Of a DNA stretch of 64,000 bases, positions 37,442 to 48,074 are shown in pieces. The notes under the pieces were generated by a model that saw only the letters and a list, made by a program, of their open reading frames with translations, had not been told where the DNA came from and ran no database searches. The DNA lies in the NCBI GenBank assembly GCA_016195385.1, contig JACPZS010000039.1:32507-96506 (forward strand). The letters run 5' to 3'. The stretch is from Verrucomicrobiota bacterium (GTDB lineage Bacteria > Verrucomicrobiota > Verrucomicrobiia > Limisphaerales > JACPZS01). Made by a program: the position numbers and the translations under genes. Every line of letters starts with the position of its first letter. The first letter of the stretch is position 1.

Positions 37442-38212
37442 TCACAACTCCACGACTTTGGCAGTGACCAAATAGAAACCTGTCTGCGTGGTCGGCTCCA
37501 CAAAAAGACTCGCGCTCGCGGCGCTCGTTGCGCTGAACACATTTTGATCCAGCGCGCCCTCGGAAGTGAGCGCGAAAGGAACCGGCGACGAAGCCTGGTC
37601 CAGTGTTGCGCGGAACTGGACTTCATAATCAACATTGCGGAACGAACGAAAATCAAGCCGTACGCGCGGCTTCGCGCTCCCGGGAACACTCGTGGCTGTA
37701 ACTGTGTACGCCATGCTTGAGATTTGGATCGTCAGCGTGTCGTTGCCATCGAAAGCAATCGGAAATTTGGACAAAGCCGAGGGAGCCGGCCCGCCGAGTC
37801 GCTTCCCGTCAATCGCGTAGCGTGAACCGTGGCACGGACAGTGGATTTCGTTTGTTGAAGAGTCCAGCGGATCCACCGTGCAACCTTGATGCGTGCAGCG
37901 GGAGCTGAGGGCAAAAAACGTGTTATTCGGCCCGCGGCTAACAATGATGGGATAGAAATTACCATCGGGCATGAGTCCGCCGCCGCCGCCGCGCAAGGGG
38001 TTTATGCCGATGCGAGCCGACCCCGACTCAGTTTGCAGCGCAGGAAAATCCGTCAACTTGAGCCGCAGGACACCGGTGGAAGGAGCGGATTGAAGGGCAA
38101 CTTCGCCGGCAATGAGGTTGGTCCATGACTGGCCGAGCAGGCTGGAGTACGCGGTGGCAAAGGCAAACGTTTTTACAAAATGGCGACGGTCAATGGAGTT
38201 GGCGAGTTTCAT
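37442..38212 (-). CDS. Tat-exported Rieske [2Fe-2S] protein
   Basis: DRRHFV; CTHQGC and CPCHGSRY. Confidence 0.9.
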   Translation of the reverse strand: MKLANSIDRRHFVKTFAFATAYSSLLGQSWTNLIAGEVALQSAPSTGVLRLKLTDFPALQTESGSARIGINPLRGGGGGLMPDGNFYPIIVSRGPNNTFFALSSRCTHQGCTVDPLDSSTNEIHCPCHGSRYAIDGKRLGGPAPSALSKFPIAFDGNDTLTIQISSMAYTVTATSVPGSAKPRVRLDFRSFRNVDYEVQFRATLDQASSPVPFALTSEGALDQNVFSATSAASASLFVEPTTQTGFYLVTAKVVEL

Positions 38213-38345
38213 ATCTTCTTCGGGACACTTAGTCGGTGTTCAGCAAAATAGTTCAATCACCACCCATGACGGCGGGCAGTGCGAATTTGTTACACACACC
38301 TTTTGATGCTGCAAACGGCCTTTGGTTCCGTTCGAGCTGAAGATT

Positions 38346-39632
38346 TCAGCGCCGCATGAGTTGCTCAACTTCGTCGGCTTCGAGGGGAATGTCCGCCAGG
38401 AGATCCACATTACCGCCCGCTTGCACGAGGATGTCGTTCTCCAGACGGACGGCAAAACCCTCTTCCTTGATGTAGATCGCCGGCTCAACGGTGAGCAGCC
38501 AGCCCGCCTGGATGGGTTCGACCGTCAGCCCCACATCATGAACATCCAGCCCGAGCGGATGCCCGACACCGTGCATGAAGTATTTTTTGAACGCAGGCTT
38601 GTCTGGATCCTGTTTTTTGATCTCCGACATTTTGAGCAAGCCGAGATCAACAAGCTCTTTTTCGACGAATTGCTCGGCTTCTTTTTGCCAATCCTTCGGA
38701 AATTTGCCGGGCACTGCTGCTGCGCTCGTGGCGCGCAGCACCCGCAACACGGCGTTGTAAACCTGCCGCTGCCGGCGGGTGAAACGTCCGCTCACGGGAA
38801 TCGTGCGCGTCAGGTCGGCGTTGTAATTCGCATACGAAGCACCGACATCAAGCAAGAGCAAGTCGCCCTTGCGGCAAGGTTGATCGTTCTCGATGTAATG
38901 CAGCACGCAGGCGTTCGCGCCGCTCGCAATGATCGGCGTGTAGGCGAACCCGCCGCCGCGCCGGATGAACTCGTGCGCGAATTCGGCTTCGATTTCCATT
39001 TCGTTCACACCGGGCCGGACGAATTTGCACACGCGCTCGAAGCCCGCCTTGGTAATGAAGCACGCCGCGCGGAGCAACTCAATCTCCAGCGGCGACTTCA
39101 CCGCGCGCAGCCGGTGCATGATGCGGGCGAGCCGTTGGAAATCGTGCAACGGATAACGCTTGAGCGTGTCGGCGACGAAACGGGCTTCGCGCGTTTCGAC
39201 TTCGATGACCGCGCGTTTGTGCTCATTGCTGTTCAAATAAACATGCCCGCACTCGCACATCAGCCGGTGGAAGATGGGGCGGAACTCCGTCAGCCATTCC
39301 ACACGCTGGATGCCCGTGACTTTGCGCGCTTCCTCTTTGGCCAGTTTGTGTCCTTCCCAAGTCGCAATGAGATCGCTCGTTTCACGGAGAAAAAGGATTT
39401 CGCGGAACTTTTCGTCGTGAGCCTCGGGATACAGCAACAAAATTGTTTCCTCCTGCGCCACGCCGGTCAGGTAAAACAGATCCGAGCTTTGTCGAAGCGG
39501 CAGCGTGGCGTCGGCATTCGTCGGCAAAAGATCATTGGCGTTGATCACGGCGAGCGAATTGGGGAGCAGTAGTTTCGCGAGGTTCGCGCGGTTTTGGACA
39601 AAGAGCTGTGAATCGATGGAACGGTAGCGCAT
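38346..39632 (-). CDS. pepP: Xaa-Pro aminopeptidase (M24B)
   Basis: CVLHY, LLDVG, ADLTRT, HGVGHPLGLDVHD, TVEPAIY, VRLENDI. Confidence 0.92.
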   Translation of the reverse strand: MRYRSIDSQLFVQNRANLAKLLLPNSLAVINANDLLPTNADATLPLRQSSDLFYLTGVAQEETILLLYPEAHDEKFREILFLRETSDLIATWEGHKLAKEEARKVTGIQRVEWLTEFRPIFHRLMCECGHVYLNSNEHKRAVIEVETREARFVADTLKRYPLHDFQRLARIMHRLRAVKSPLEIELLRAACFITKAGFERVCKFVRPGVNEMEIEAEFAHEFIRRGGGFAYTPIIASGANACVLHYIENDQPCRKGDLLLLDVGASYANYNADLTRTIPVSGRFTRRQRQVYNAVLRVLRATSAAAVPGKFPKDWQKEAEQFVEKELVDLGLLKMSEIKKQDPDKPAFKKYFMHGVGHPLGLDVHDVGLTVEPIQAGWLLTVEPAIYIKEEGFAVRLENDILVQAGGNVDLLADIPLEADEVEQLMRR

Positions 39633-39750
39633 GGGGATTTTTATAGCGGGAGCGTTCGCCAAATCCAAGCAGAACCCCATTCGCTCGAAGGCGCGCGGTT
39701 TTTCTGCTTGGTGATGGCGCGGGAGTTCGGTTCAAATGCGCGCCAAGTTT

Positions 39751-40506
39751 ATGAATGAAAACCTGAACGGCAAAGTGGCGCTCATCACGGGCGCCAGCAA
39801 AGGATTGGGGCGCGCGATGGCGCTGGCCCTCGGCGGGGCGGGCGCGCAACTCGCCTTGGTTTCCCGCAATCAGCAACTGTTGGCGGAAACGGCCGCCGCC
39901 GCGCGCGCGCTCGGCGCAACCGCCGAAATTTTTCCCGCCGATGTCACCGATGAAGATCAAGTGCGGAAATTAGCCGGCGAGGTTTCAGCGCGCTTCGGTC
40001 ACGTGCAGATTTTGATCAACAACGCCGGCGTCAACGTGCGCAAACCGATCACGGAATTCACGCTCGGGGAATGGAATCACGTCATCGGCACCAACTTGAC
40101 CGGCGTCTTCCTGATGTGCCGCGCCATCGTGCCGCTCATGAAAGGCCAGGGCTACGGCCGCATCCTTAACCTCACCTCGATCATGAGCCACGTCGCGCTG
40201 CCGGGGCGCACCGCATACGCCGCGAGCAAGACCGCGTTGCTCGGCCTGACGCGCGCCCTGGCTTTGGAACTCGCGCCGGACAAAATTACCGTCAACGGCA
40301 TCAGCCCCGGTCCCATCGCCACGGAAATGAACGCGCCCATCCTCCAAAATCCCGAACTCAATCAGCAGTTCATCGCCAAACTGCCGATTGGCCGTTGGGG
40401 CCGCGAAGAGGAAATCGGCCAGCTCGCGCTCTATCTCTGCTCGGACGCCGCTGGCTTCATCACCGGCACCGACGTGTTGATCGACGGTGGCTGGACCGCG
40501 CAGTAA
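39751..40506 (+). CDS. SDR family oxidoreductase
   Basis: TGASKGLG, NNAG, YAASK, IDGGW. Confidence 0.93.
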   Translation: MNENLNGKVALITGASKGLGRAMALALGGAGAQLALVSRNQQLLAETAAAARALGATAEIFPADVTDEDQVRKLAGEVSARFGHVQILINNAGVNVRKPITEFTLGEWNHVIGTNLTGVFLMCRAIVPLMKGQGYGRILNLTSIMSHVALPGRTAYAASKTALLGLTRALALELAPDKITVNGISPGPIATEMNAPILQNPELNQQFIAKLPIGRWGREEEIGQLALYLCSDAAGFITGTDVLIDGGWTAQ

Positions 40507-40541
40507 CGGGGTAAACAAATTTCAGCGCGGCACGCCACTTG

Positions 40542-40550
40542 TGCTATACT
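40542..40550 (+). promoter_or_regulatory. Extended -10 promoter element
   Basis: TGcTATACT in the intergenic region upstream of the 40591 gene. Confidence 0.4.
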
Positions 40551-40590
40551 TCGCGCGCCTCATGACGAAGCCCGGTGAATTACTCTGCCG

Positions 40591-42930
40591 ATGAATACTC
40601 AATTTGGACAAAACGCGCGACGCGAAGCGCACCCGATTATCCCCGGCCAGGCCGATGAACTGACTTCCCCACCAACACGCAACCTAGCTAGGCCGGCGAC
40701 GTTCGCGTCGTTCACCACGCGCAGTGCCTTCATCATTTTTCGGTTGACGCTTCTGTTGCTGCTTGGACGCGACGACCTTCACGCTGATGCCGTTCCGACG
40801 TCCGCCGACGTGCCGGCTCCCGTTCCCGTCACGAACGCAACTTCCAATGTATGGCTGTCACCGTATTCGGATCGCGTGCTCGTGATTTACAATGCGGACC
40901 TTCCCGCGTCGTTTGGCGTGGCGGACTATTATGCAAGCCGGCGTGGCATTCCGCGAAATCACTTGCTTGGCATCCATCCGACTTCCATCGCCGGCTACGA
41001 AGATAACTATCCTTACTCGGCGGCGCTGACGGAAATCGTCGCGCCGATCACGAACGCGCTGACACGGATCGGCCCGGAAAAGATTCTCTATTTTGTCTTC
41101 ACCTACGGCACGCCGTACTCGGTTTTCAACGACGTCTGGAAATACCCGCGCGCAGGTTCAATCAAGGGTGCCAGCCTCGATTCGTATCTTTCCGATCCCT
41201 ATGACGAAGCCTTCTCAGGAACGAACATCGGCGCGGGACAGAACACCCGCTTCTACGCTAATCCGTACGCGCCGGGGACCAACGCCACGCCGCACGCCGT
41301 GCCCGGTGGCATTGATGGGCCGATCAACGCAATCGACACGGATCGAAATCCAGTCGTCGTCACGAATGTTGTCACTTACCCGCCATTTGAACCTTTGGCC
41401 GCCTTCCGCGCCCGCACCGGCAAAAGAGTCTATGCCGTTTTCCGACTCGATGGCTCCACGCCCGCCATCGCGCGGCAACAAGTTGACAAAGCCATTCAAG
41501 CCGAGCAGGCCGGCGGCCTTGATCGACTCGGCGGCACATTTTATTTCGATCGCAAGAGCACGGATAAACTTCTGCAAACGCCGCCGCCCAGCGATCCGTG
41601 GATTTACGATCGCTACGTGGAATGGACCCTTTTCAGAACCACCCAAATGGCCATCGCCGCCGGGTTTCCGTGGCAGCAGGAAAGCACCTTTCGCCGCATT
41701 GGCGAGCCGGCTTCAGATATTCCGCAGGCCCCTCACGCCATTTTTTACGCCGGTACTTATGGTTGGTACAACACCGAAGACGTGAACTCCAATCCCCAGC
41801 CCGATCCGTGGACCTGGCTGCCCGGTGCCATCGGCATGGAATGGAAAAGCGAGGGGCTTTTTGGCGGGCCACGTGGCGACAACAATCCGCCGAATGGTTC
41901 CGATCTGGATCCAGGTTGGGGGACGGGGGCCATCGCCGCCGGGATCACGGCGACCTTGGGCGGGATCGCCGAACCGTTGGATGAAGGCGTGCCCCGGCCG
42001 GATGCCATTCTCCGGAACCTGCTCGAAGGCGCGAACATCGGCGACGCTTTCTTCCGCGATGCTTGGTACCTCGGCTGGCAAATGCTCAACGTCGGCGATC
42101 CTCTTTACGTTCCATTCCCCGGCGGCCGCGCGCCGTTCAACACCGCCAGCCCGCCCGCGCCGCGCATTTTTTTCACGCCGCCAATGGCGGACACGAGCTT
42201 CACTCCGCCCGCCACGATTCGTCTGCAAGCCGTTGTGCCATCTTCGGCCAAAACGCCGTTGCAAGTTGAATTTTTTCTCGCCACCAACTCACTCGCCAAG
42301 CTGGCGTCCGAACCGTTCAGCGCGACGTTGACCAATCTCGACTTCCCGCCAGGAGTCTATTCGTTGACTGCAACCGCCACGTATGCGGATGGCACACATT
42401 CTACTTCCGAGCCGGTCAGCGTCAGTTTTTCCACAAACGGCACACCTGCGCAGATCGAATTGGCCGTGAGCGACCTGACGCCGCTGGTTTCCTCGCCGCT
42501 GACGATCACCGTTTTGTCTCGAATCACGGACAACAACATTCAGCCCATCGACATTTTCGCGGGCACCAACCTGCTCGGCCGCGCCACCGAACCGCCGTTC
42601 TCCATCACGGTCAGCAATCTGCCCGCGGGCGATTTGCTGCTCTCCGCCAAGACTCAAGACCTCCAAGGCCGGCCGATTTTTTCGCCGTCTCTGACGCTGC
42701 AGGTGCTGCGCACGCGAATCATCGGCCAAAAATTCTTCAACCAGTCGCAATTTCGTCTCAGCTTGGAAAGTGTCGGTATCGGAACCACGAACGTCATTCA
42801 GGTTTCCACCAATCTGGTTGATTGGATTTCCATTGGAACCAACACCGCTCCCGCGAACAAAGTCGAATTCATTGATCCCGACGCTCAGAATTTCGAGCAA
42901 CGCTTCTACCGCATCCTGTCCCCGCTTTGA
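40591..42930 (+). CDS. TIGR03790-like domain protein with Ig-like domains
   Basis: VLVIYN..S..VADYYASRRGIP, RLDG, GITATLG.IAEP, VGDPLY; two Ig-like repeats. Start uncertain. Confidence 0.75.
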   Translation: MNTQFGQNARREAHPIIPGQADELTSPPTRNLARPATFASFTTRSAFIIFRLTLLLLLGRDDLHADAVPTSADVPAPVPVTNATSNVWLSPYSDRVLVIYNADLPASFGVADYYASRRGIPRNHLLGIHPTSIAGYEDNYPYSAALTEIVAPITNALTRIGPEKILYFVFTYGTPYSVFNDVWKYPRAGSIKGASLDSYLSDPYDEAFSGTNIGAGQNTRFYANPYAPGTNATPHAVPGGIDGPINAIDTDRNPVVVTNVVTYPPFEPLAAFRARTGKRVYAVFRLDGSTPAIARQQVDKAIQAEQAGGLDRLGGTFYFDRKSTDKLLQTPPPSDPWIYDRYVEWTLFRTTQMAIAAGFPWQQESTFRRIGEPASDIPQAPHAIFYAGTYGWYNTEDVNSNPQPDPWTWLPGAIGMEWKSEGLFGGPRGDNNPPNGSDLDPGWGTGAIAAGITATLGGIAEPLDEGVPRPDAILRNLLEGANIGDAFFRDAWYLGWQMLNVGDPLYVPFPGGRAPFNTASPPAPRIFFTPPMADTSFTPPATIRLQAVVPSSAKTPLQVEFFLATNSLAKLASEPFSATLTNLDFPPGVYSLTATATYADGTHSTSEPVSVSFSTNGTPAQIELAVSDLTPLVSSPLTITVLSRITDNNIQPIDIFAGTNLLGRATEPPFSITVSNLPAGDLLLSAKTQDLQGRPIFSPSLTLQVLRTRIIGQKFFNQSQFRLSLESVGIGTTNVIQVSTNLVDWISIGTNTAPANKVEFIDPDAQNFEQRFYRILSPL

Positions 42931-43029
42931 CAACCGCTCTCGTCGTCGCGAGTTGACGGGCAACGCCGCCGCGTCCGCAAAGCATTTGGCCGCTTGCCAA
43001 GGGGCGCGACGGTTTGTTTAATCGCCGCC

Positions 43030-44379
43030 GTGTTACAACAGCAAACCCTGCGACAGCCCGCCGCCTTCGCGGGCATCGGCCTGCACAGCGGAAACCGGGT
43101 CAGCATGAATTTCCTGCCTGCCGCGCCAAACACGGGGCTGCGTTTCCGCCGGGTTGATCTCGAGGGTAAACCGGAAATCGAGGCGCTCGCCGAAAACGTC
43201 GCCGACACCAATCGCTCGACGACACTTTCCAAGGGCAACGCGAAAATTCACACGGTCGAACATGTGCTCGCGACTTTCGCCGGCAGCGGCATCGACAACG
43301 CGATCATTGAACTCGATGCCAACGAGCCGCCCATCGCCGACGGCAGCTCGCGCGCTTACTGCCAGATGGTGGAACAGGCCGGCATCGTCCCGCAGTCCGA
43401 GTTGCGCGAGCCGTATCGCATCGACGAGCCGATCGAATTGGAATTCGGTGACACCATCATCTCCATTTTTCCACACGACAGTTTCAAACTGACCTGCACC
43501 AGCGCCGACAAAGCTGGCCGTTACACCCAGTTTTTTTCACTGGAGGTGACACCCGACACATGGGTGCGCGAGCTGGCCCACGCGCGGACTTTCTGTTTTT
43601 TCGAGGAGCTTGAATACTTGATCAAAAATGGGTTGATCAAAGGCGGCAGCCTGGAAAATGCCGTCGTGATCCGCGATGACGCGGTGCTCACGAACGAGCC
43701 GTTGCGCTACCCCGAGGAATTTGTGCGCCACAAGATGCTCGACATCGTCGGCGACCTCGCGCTCGTCGGGCGGCCGATTCTTGGCCACGTCGTCGCCGTC
43801 AAGCCGAGCCATTTCGCCAATTGCGAACTCGCCAAACGGATCACGGCGCAGATTCGCAAACCGCTGCTGGCCGCGCAGGCCTTTGCTCCGCCGCCGAAAC
43901 CGGTTTCGGGCACTGCCGCGCCGAGCGACGCGCCGGTAATTCAGGACGGCGCGGTGTTGGACATCAATCAAGTGATGAAGATCCTGCCGCATCGTTATCC
44001 GTTCCTGATGGTGGATCGCGTGACGAAGATTGAAGGCAATCGCATCACGGCTCTCAAAAACGTCAGCGTGAACGAGCCTTTTTTTGTTGGTCATTTTCCC
44101 ACGCATCCGATCATGCCCGGCGTGCTCCAGCTCGAAGCGATTGCGCAAGTCGCCGGCATCCTCACCCTCAAACAGGCGGAGAACCTCGGCAAGCTGGCTT
44201 ACTTCATGTCCGCCGAGAGTGTGAAGTGGCGCAAGCCGGTGCGGCCAGGCGACACGCTCATCATCGACGTCGAGTTGACGAAGAGCCGCGGAAAAATCGG
44301 CAAAGCTCGCGGCGTCTGTTCAGTCAACGGCGAAACGGTGAGCGAAGCGGACGTCACCTTCATGCTCGTGGATGCCTGA
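43030..44379 (+). CDS. lpxC-fabZ: Bifunctional UDP-3-O-acyl-GlcNAc deacetylase / 3-hydroxyacyl-ACP dehydratase
   Basis: GIGLHSG, TVEHVL, RHKMLDIVGD (LpxC); LPHRYPFLMVD, GHFP..PIMPGV (FabZ). Confidence 0.96.
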   Translation: MLQQQTLRQPAAFAGIGLHSGNRVSMNFLPAAPNTGLRFRRVDLEGKPEIEALAENVADTNRSTTLSKGNAKIHTVEHVLATFAGSGIDNAIIELDANEPPIADGSSRAYCQMVEQAGIVPQSELREPYRIDEPIELEFGDTIISIFPHDSFKLTCTSADKAGRYTQFFSLEVTPDTWVRELAHARTFCFFEELEYLIKNGLIKGGSLENAVVIRDDAVLTNEPLRYPEEFVRHKMLDIVGDLALVGRPILGHVVAVKPSHFANCELAKRITAQIRKPLLAAQAFAPPPKPVSGTAAPSDAPVIQDGAVLDINQVMKILPHRYPFLMVDRVTKIEGNRITALKNVSVNEPFFVGHFPTHPIMPGVLQLEAIAQVAGILTLKQAENLGKLAYFMSAESVKWRKPVRPGDTLIIDVELTKSRGKIGKARGVCSVNGETVSEADVTFMLVDA

Positions 44380-44397
44380 GCACTTGGACTGCACGAC

Positions 44398-45165
44398 ATG
44401 ATTCATCCCACCGCCGTCATTGATCCCGGTGCGCAAATCGGCGCTGACTGTTTCGTCGGTCCGTATTGTGTCCTCGGGAAACACGTCGTGCTGGGCAGTG
44501 GTTGCCGCCTTCATTCGCACGTTGTCATCGACGGCCACACGAGACTCGGGCAACGGAATGAAATTTTTCCATTCGCCAGCATCGGACTCAAGACGCAGGA
44601 CTTGAAGTGGCATGGCGGCGTGACGTGGACCGAAATCGGCGACGAAAATACGTTCCGCGAGTATGTCACGATCCACAGTGCCACCGGCGACGGCGAAGTC
44701 ACTACCGTCGGCTCGCACAATCACATCCTTGCCTACTGCCATCTCGCGCACAACGTCACGCTGGGCAATCACATCATCATGTCGAATGTCGCGACGCTCG
44801 CCGGCCATGTCAGAGTCGAGGATCGCGCGGTGATCGGCGGACTGGCGGCGGTGCATCAATTCTGTCGCGTCGGAAAAATGGCGCTCATCGGCGGCTGCTC
44901 GAAAGTAGTGCAAGACGTGCCGCCATTCATGCTGGCCGACGGCAACCCCGTCGAGACGCGCACGATCAACAGAGTCGGTTTGGAGCGAAACGGCGTTTCC
45001 GAGAAAGCTCAAACGGCGCTCAAGCAGGCTTACAAAATTCTTTTCCGCGAAGGCCTGACGATTCCCAACGCGCTCACAAAAATCGAAGCCGAATTGCCTC
45101 CGCTCGACGAGGTGCAACACTTGGTGAAATTTGTCCGACAAAGCGAACGCGGCATCAGCAAATGA
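44398..45165 (+). CDS. lpxA: Acyl-ACP--UDP-GlcNAc O-acyltransferase
   Basis: MIHPTAVI hexapeptide repeats, QDLK, REYVTIH, LAGHV, VHQFCRVG; follows fabZ. Confidence 0.96.
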   Translation: MIHPTAVIDPGAQIGADCFVGPYCVLGKHVVLGSGCRLHSHVVIDGHTRLGQRNEIFPFASIGLKTQDLKWHGGVTWTEIGDENTFREYVTIHSATGDGEVTTVGSHNHILAYCHLAHNVTLGNHIIMSNVATLAGHVRVEDRAVIGGLAAVHQFCRVGKMALIGGCSKVVQDVPPFMLADGNPVETRTINRVGLERNGVSEKAQTALKQAYKILFREGLTIPNALTKIEAELPPLDEVQHLVKFVRQSERGISK

Positions 45166-45254
45166 AACCAGCATCGCATCGGCTTTGAACAAAACGTCGG
45201 GCGACTGTGGTCCAGCGCCCAATTCTCAATCTGCAAACTCAATTTTTGTTCCCT

Positions 45255-46427
45255 ATGAAACCACTTCACCATCTTCGCGCCGGGGTCATCGGCACCGGAT
45301 TCATTGGACCCGTTCATATCGAAGCTCTGAAACGCCTCGGCGTGCAGGTCACGGCCATTTGCGGCTCGACCAAGAATGCCAAGGCCACCGCCGAGCTGTG
45401 GGGCATCCCGGAGGTTTACGGCGACTACGATTATCGCGCGATGTTGCGCTCGCCGAATGTCGATGTCGTTCACATCACGTCGCCGAATCGGGTTCACGTC
45501 GAGCAATCCATCGCGGCGCTGCGGGCGGGCAAGCATGCCATCTGTGAAAAGCCATTGAGCATGGCGAGCGCAGAAGCGGCCAAGGTCGTCGTGGAGGTGA
45601 AAAAGAAATCCTCGCCCGTCTTCGCTGTGAATTACATGTGCCGCTTCTTCCCGGCGGTGCTCCAGGCGCGCGCCATGGTCGAGCGCGGCGAACTCGGCGA
45701 GATCATTCACGTCCAGGGCCACTTCTTCCAGGACTGGCTCCTGCACGCCACCGACTACAACTGGCGCCTGCTCGCCAGCGAGGGCGGCGAGCTCCGCGCC
45801 GTCGGCGACATCGGCACGCACTGGATTGACGCCGTGTCGTTCATCCTCGGCGCGCGCGCGCAGTCCGTCTTCGCGCACATCGAGACCTTTCACAAGACGC
45901 GCTACCGGCCCAAGGGCGAGGTGCAAACCTTCGCCAAGGTCGATCCGAAGACAATGGTTCCCTACAAGTGCGACACCGAGGATTTCGGCAGCGTGCTGCT
46001 CAAGTTCGCCAAGGCCAAGCACGGCTACGCCAACGCCGTCCATGCCAACGCCACCATCTCGCAAGTCGCCGCCGGTTGGAAATGCAGTCTCGCCCTCGGC
46101 ATCTACGGCACGAAGGGCAGCCTGCGCTGGGATCTTCAGCAGCCCAACGAAATGATTCTCGGCCGCCGCGACGAGCCGAACAAGCTTCTCCAGCGCGCCA
46201 CGCCCGGCTTCGACGTGGACATCGCGGGCTTCACCGATTATCCCGGCGGCCACCCCGAGGGTTTCGCCGACGCGCACAAGATGCATTACCGCGCCGTCTA
46301 TGAGCACATCGCCAGCGGACGCAAGACCCCGCTGCTCTTCGCCACGGCGGAAGACGGGCATCACGAGGTGAAACTGTGCGAGGCGATTTTGCAGAGCAGC
46401 CGGAGCAAGGAGTGGGTGAAGGTGTGA
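45255..46427 (+). CDS. Gfo/Idh/MocA oxidoreductase
   Basis: GVIGTGFIG, CEKPL, DIGTHWID. Confidence 0.92.
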   Translation: MKPLHHLRAGVIGTGFIGPVHIEALKRLGVQVTAICGSTKNAKATAELWGIPEVYGDYDYRAMLRSPNVDVVHITSPNRVHVEQSIAALRAGKHAICEKPLSMASAEAAKVVVEVKKKSSPVFAVNYMCRFFPAVLQARAMVERGELGEIIHVQGHFFQDWLLHATDYNWRLLASEGGELRAVGDIGTHWIDAVSFILGARAQSVFAHIETFHKTRYRPKGEVQTFAKVDPKTMVPYKCDTEDFGSVLLKFAKAKHGYANAVHANATISQVAAGWKCSLALGIYGTKGSLRWDLQQPNEMILGRRDEPNKLLQRATPGFDVDIAGFTDYPGGHPEGFADAHKMHYRAVYEHIASGRKTPLLFATAEDGHHEVKLCEAILQSSRSKEWVKV

Positions 46428-46463
46428 GTGCCGGACTGGAGTGTTCTGCGTTGGGGAAGAATT

Positions 46464-47975
46464 CTACGGCAAAGTTTTTTTCGCGCCAGGCGGCGAATAC
46501 TCACTGGCCCCAGCCTCTGCCGTCGGGGTGTTGATGGGGATGGCGACGCCCGCCGCGAGCATGACTTTGTGGAGCGCGACGATGGTTTCGGCGGAAGGCT
46601 TGAAGTTTCCTGGACGGTACCCTTCAGCGATCAATAATGGCGTCCAGCCATATTTGTTCTTCCTGTTCCAGATCTCGATCTTCGCGCCGTGGTCGGCGAG
46701 AAGCTGGATCACTTTCGGCATATTCTTGTAGGCCGCGCCGTGCATGGCGGTTTCGCCGTTGGCATCGACCGCGTTTACGTCCGCGCCTAGTTTCAGGAGC
46801 AGTTGCACGGCCTCGATCACTTCCGGCTCGGTGCCGGCGGTTTCGTCCGCGGCATCCGATCCAATGCCGGTTCCGCAGGCGACCATGAGCGGCGTCGAGT
46901 TGTCGTTGTTCGCGAGTCTTGGATCGGCGCCCAGTTCGAGCAACACCCGCATGAAGGCAACGTCGTCCGTAAAGGAGGCGAGCAGGAACGGCGTCGCGCC
47001 GGCCCTGCTGAATTTTGCCGGTGCGGACTTGCCGTTCTTCAGCCGCAAATTCACGTCCGCGCCGTGCTCCACCAATTTTTTTGCGAACTGAAGGCTGGTC
47101 AGATTTCCTGAGCCAATCGGCGGCGGGTCGCCATCATCACCATCGCCGCGCGGCGGCTTGCGCACCCAACTCAGCGCGTGCAGTGCGGTGAATCCAGAAC
47201 GCTGATCATTCGGATCAGCCCCGGCATCAAGCAAAGCCACGGCGAGATCAAAGTGGCCATTCTCGACCGCCAGTATCAGCGGGCTGGTTCCCGCCCTCGC
47301 GCCTTTGCGCATGTCTTTGTGCGGTTGCAACGTGTCGTTCACGTCCGCTCCGGCTTTGAGCAAGGCGCGCACAACGTCCGTCCGCCCTTCGCGCACGGCG
47401 AAGAACAGCGCGGTGAAAGTGGAGTCCGGGAGTGCAATGCGAAAATCCGCGCCGGCCTTGAGCAGCAACTCGACGACGGCGGTGTGGCCCTCCGCCGCCG
47501 CCCACATCAGGGCGGTCTGTCCGCGTCGTTCCTTCGCATCCACCTTCGCACCGCGCGCGAGCAACGCGCGCACCGGGCCGGCTTTGCCAGTGCGCGCGGC
47601 GGTCATGAGAACCGTTTCGCCGCCGCGCAACGTCGTGTTTGCATCCGCGCCGGCGGCGAGGAGCAGTTCCACCAACTCGGTGTTGCCATTGCCACAGGCA
47701 AGAGAAAGCGGCGTCACGCCGTAGCGATTCGTGGCGATGACGTTCGCGCCGGATTTCAGCAGCAGCTTCGCCGTTTCGAGATCGTCGCGATGCGCCGCCC
47801 AATGGAGCGCCGTCATGCCGTCCGCCTGCGCTGCATTCACATCGGCGTGCTGTTTGAGCAGCGTGCGAAGGGTGGCGCGGTCGGATTTCTCGGCGGCGTC
47901 GGCGAGCGATGCTGCGAGGCTTCGTGTCCCCGAAGCCAACAGCACAGCCATTACGATTGCCCGTAGCAGTCTCAT
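46464..47975 (-). CDS. Secreted ankyrin-repeat protein
   Basis: Repeated GxTALxxAA...LLxxGADVN; signal peptide after ATG 47975. Confidence 0.9.
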   Translation of the reverse strand: MRLLRAIVMAVLLASGTRSLAASLADAAEKSDRATLRTLLKQHADVNAAQADGMTALHWAAHRDDLETAKLLLKSGANVIATNRYGVTPLSLACGNGNTELVELLLAAGADANTTLRGGETVLMTAARTGKAGPVRALLARGAKVDAKERRGQTALMWAAAEGHTAVVELLLKAGADFRIALPDSTFTALFFAVREGRTDVVRALLKAGADVNDTLQPHKDMRKGARAGTSPLILAVENGHFDLAVALLDAGADPNDQRSGFTALHALSWVRKPPRGDGDDGDPPPIGSGNLTSLQFAKKLVEHGADVNLRLKNGKSAPAKFSRAGATPFLLASFTDDVAFMRVLLELGADPRLANNDNSTPLMVACGTGIGSDAADETAGTEPEVIEAVQLLLKLGADVNAVDANGETAMHGAAYKNMPKVIQLLADHGAKIEIWNRKNKYGWTPLLIAEGYRPGNFKPSAETIVALHKVMLAAGVAIPINTPTAEAGASEYSPPGAKKTLP

Positions 47976-48074
47976 CCGTTGAAATCCAGCACGAGAACTT
48001 TGGCGTGTTCGTCGCGCTTTGGAAAGCGAGGACTTGGTGGGGGTTGGCGCATCGCGTGCGTCCGCGGACATGCG

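Noticed and set aside
43030-44379. LpxC-FabZ fusion as a novelty
   Set aside because: Well known in Bacteroidota and Verrucomicrobiota.
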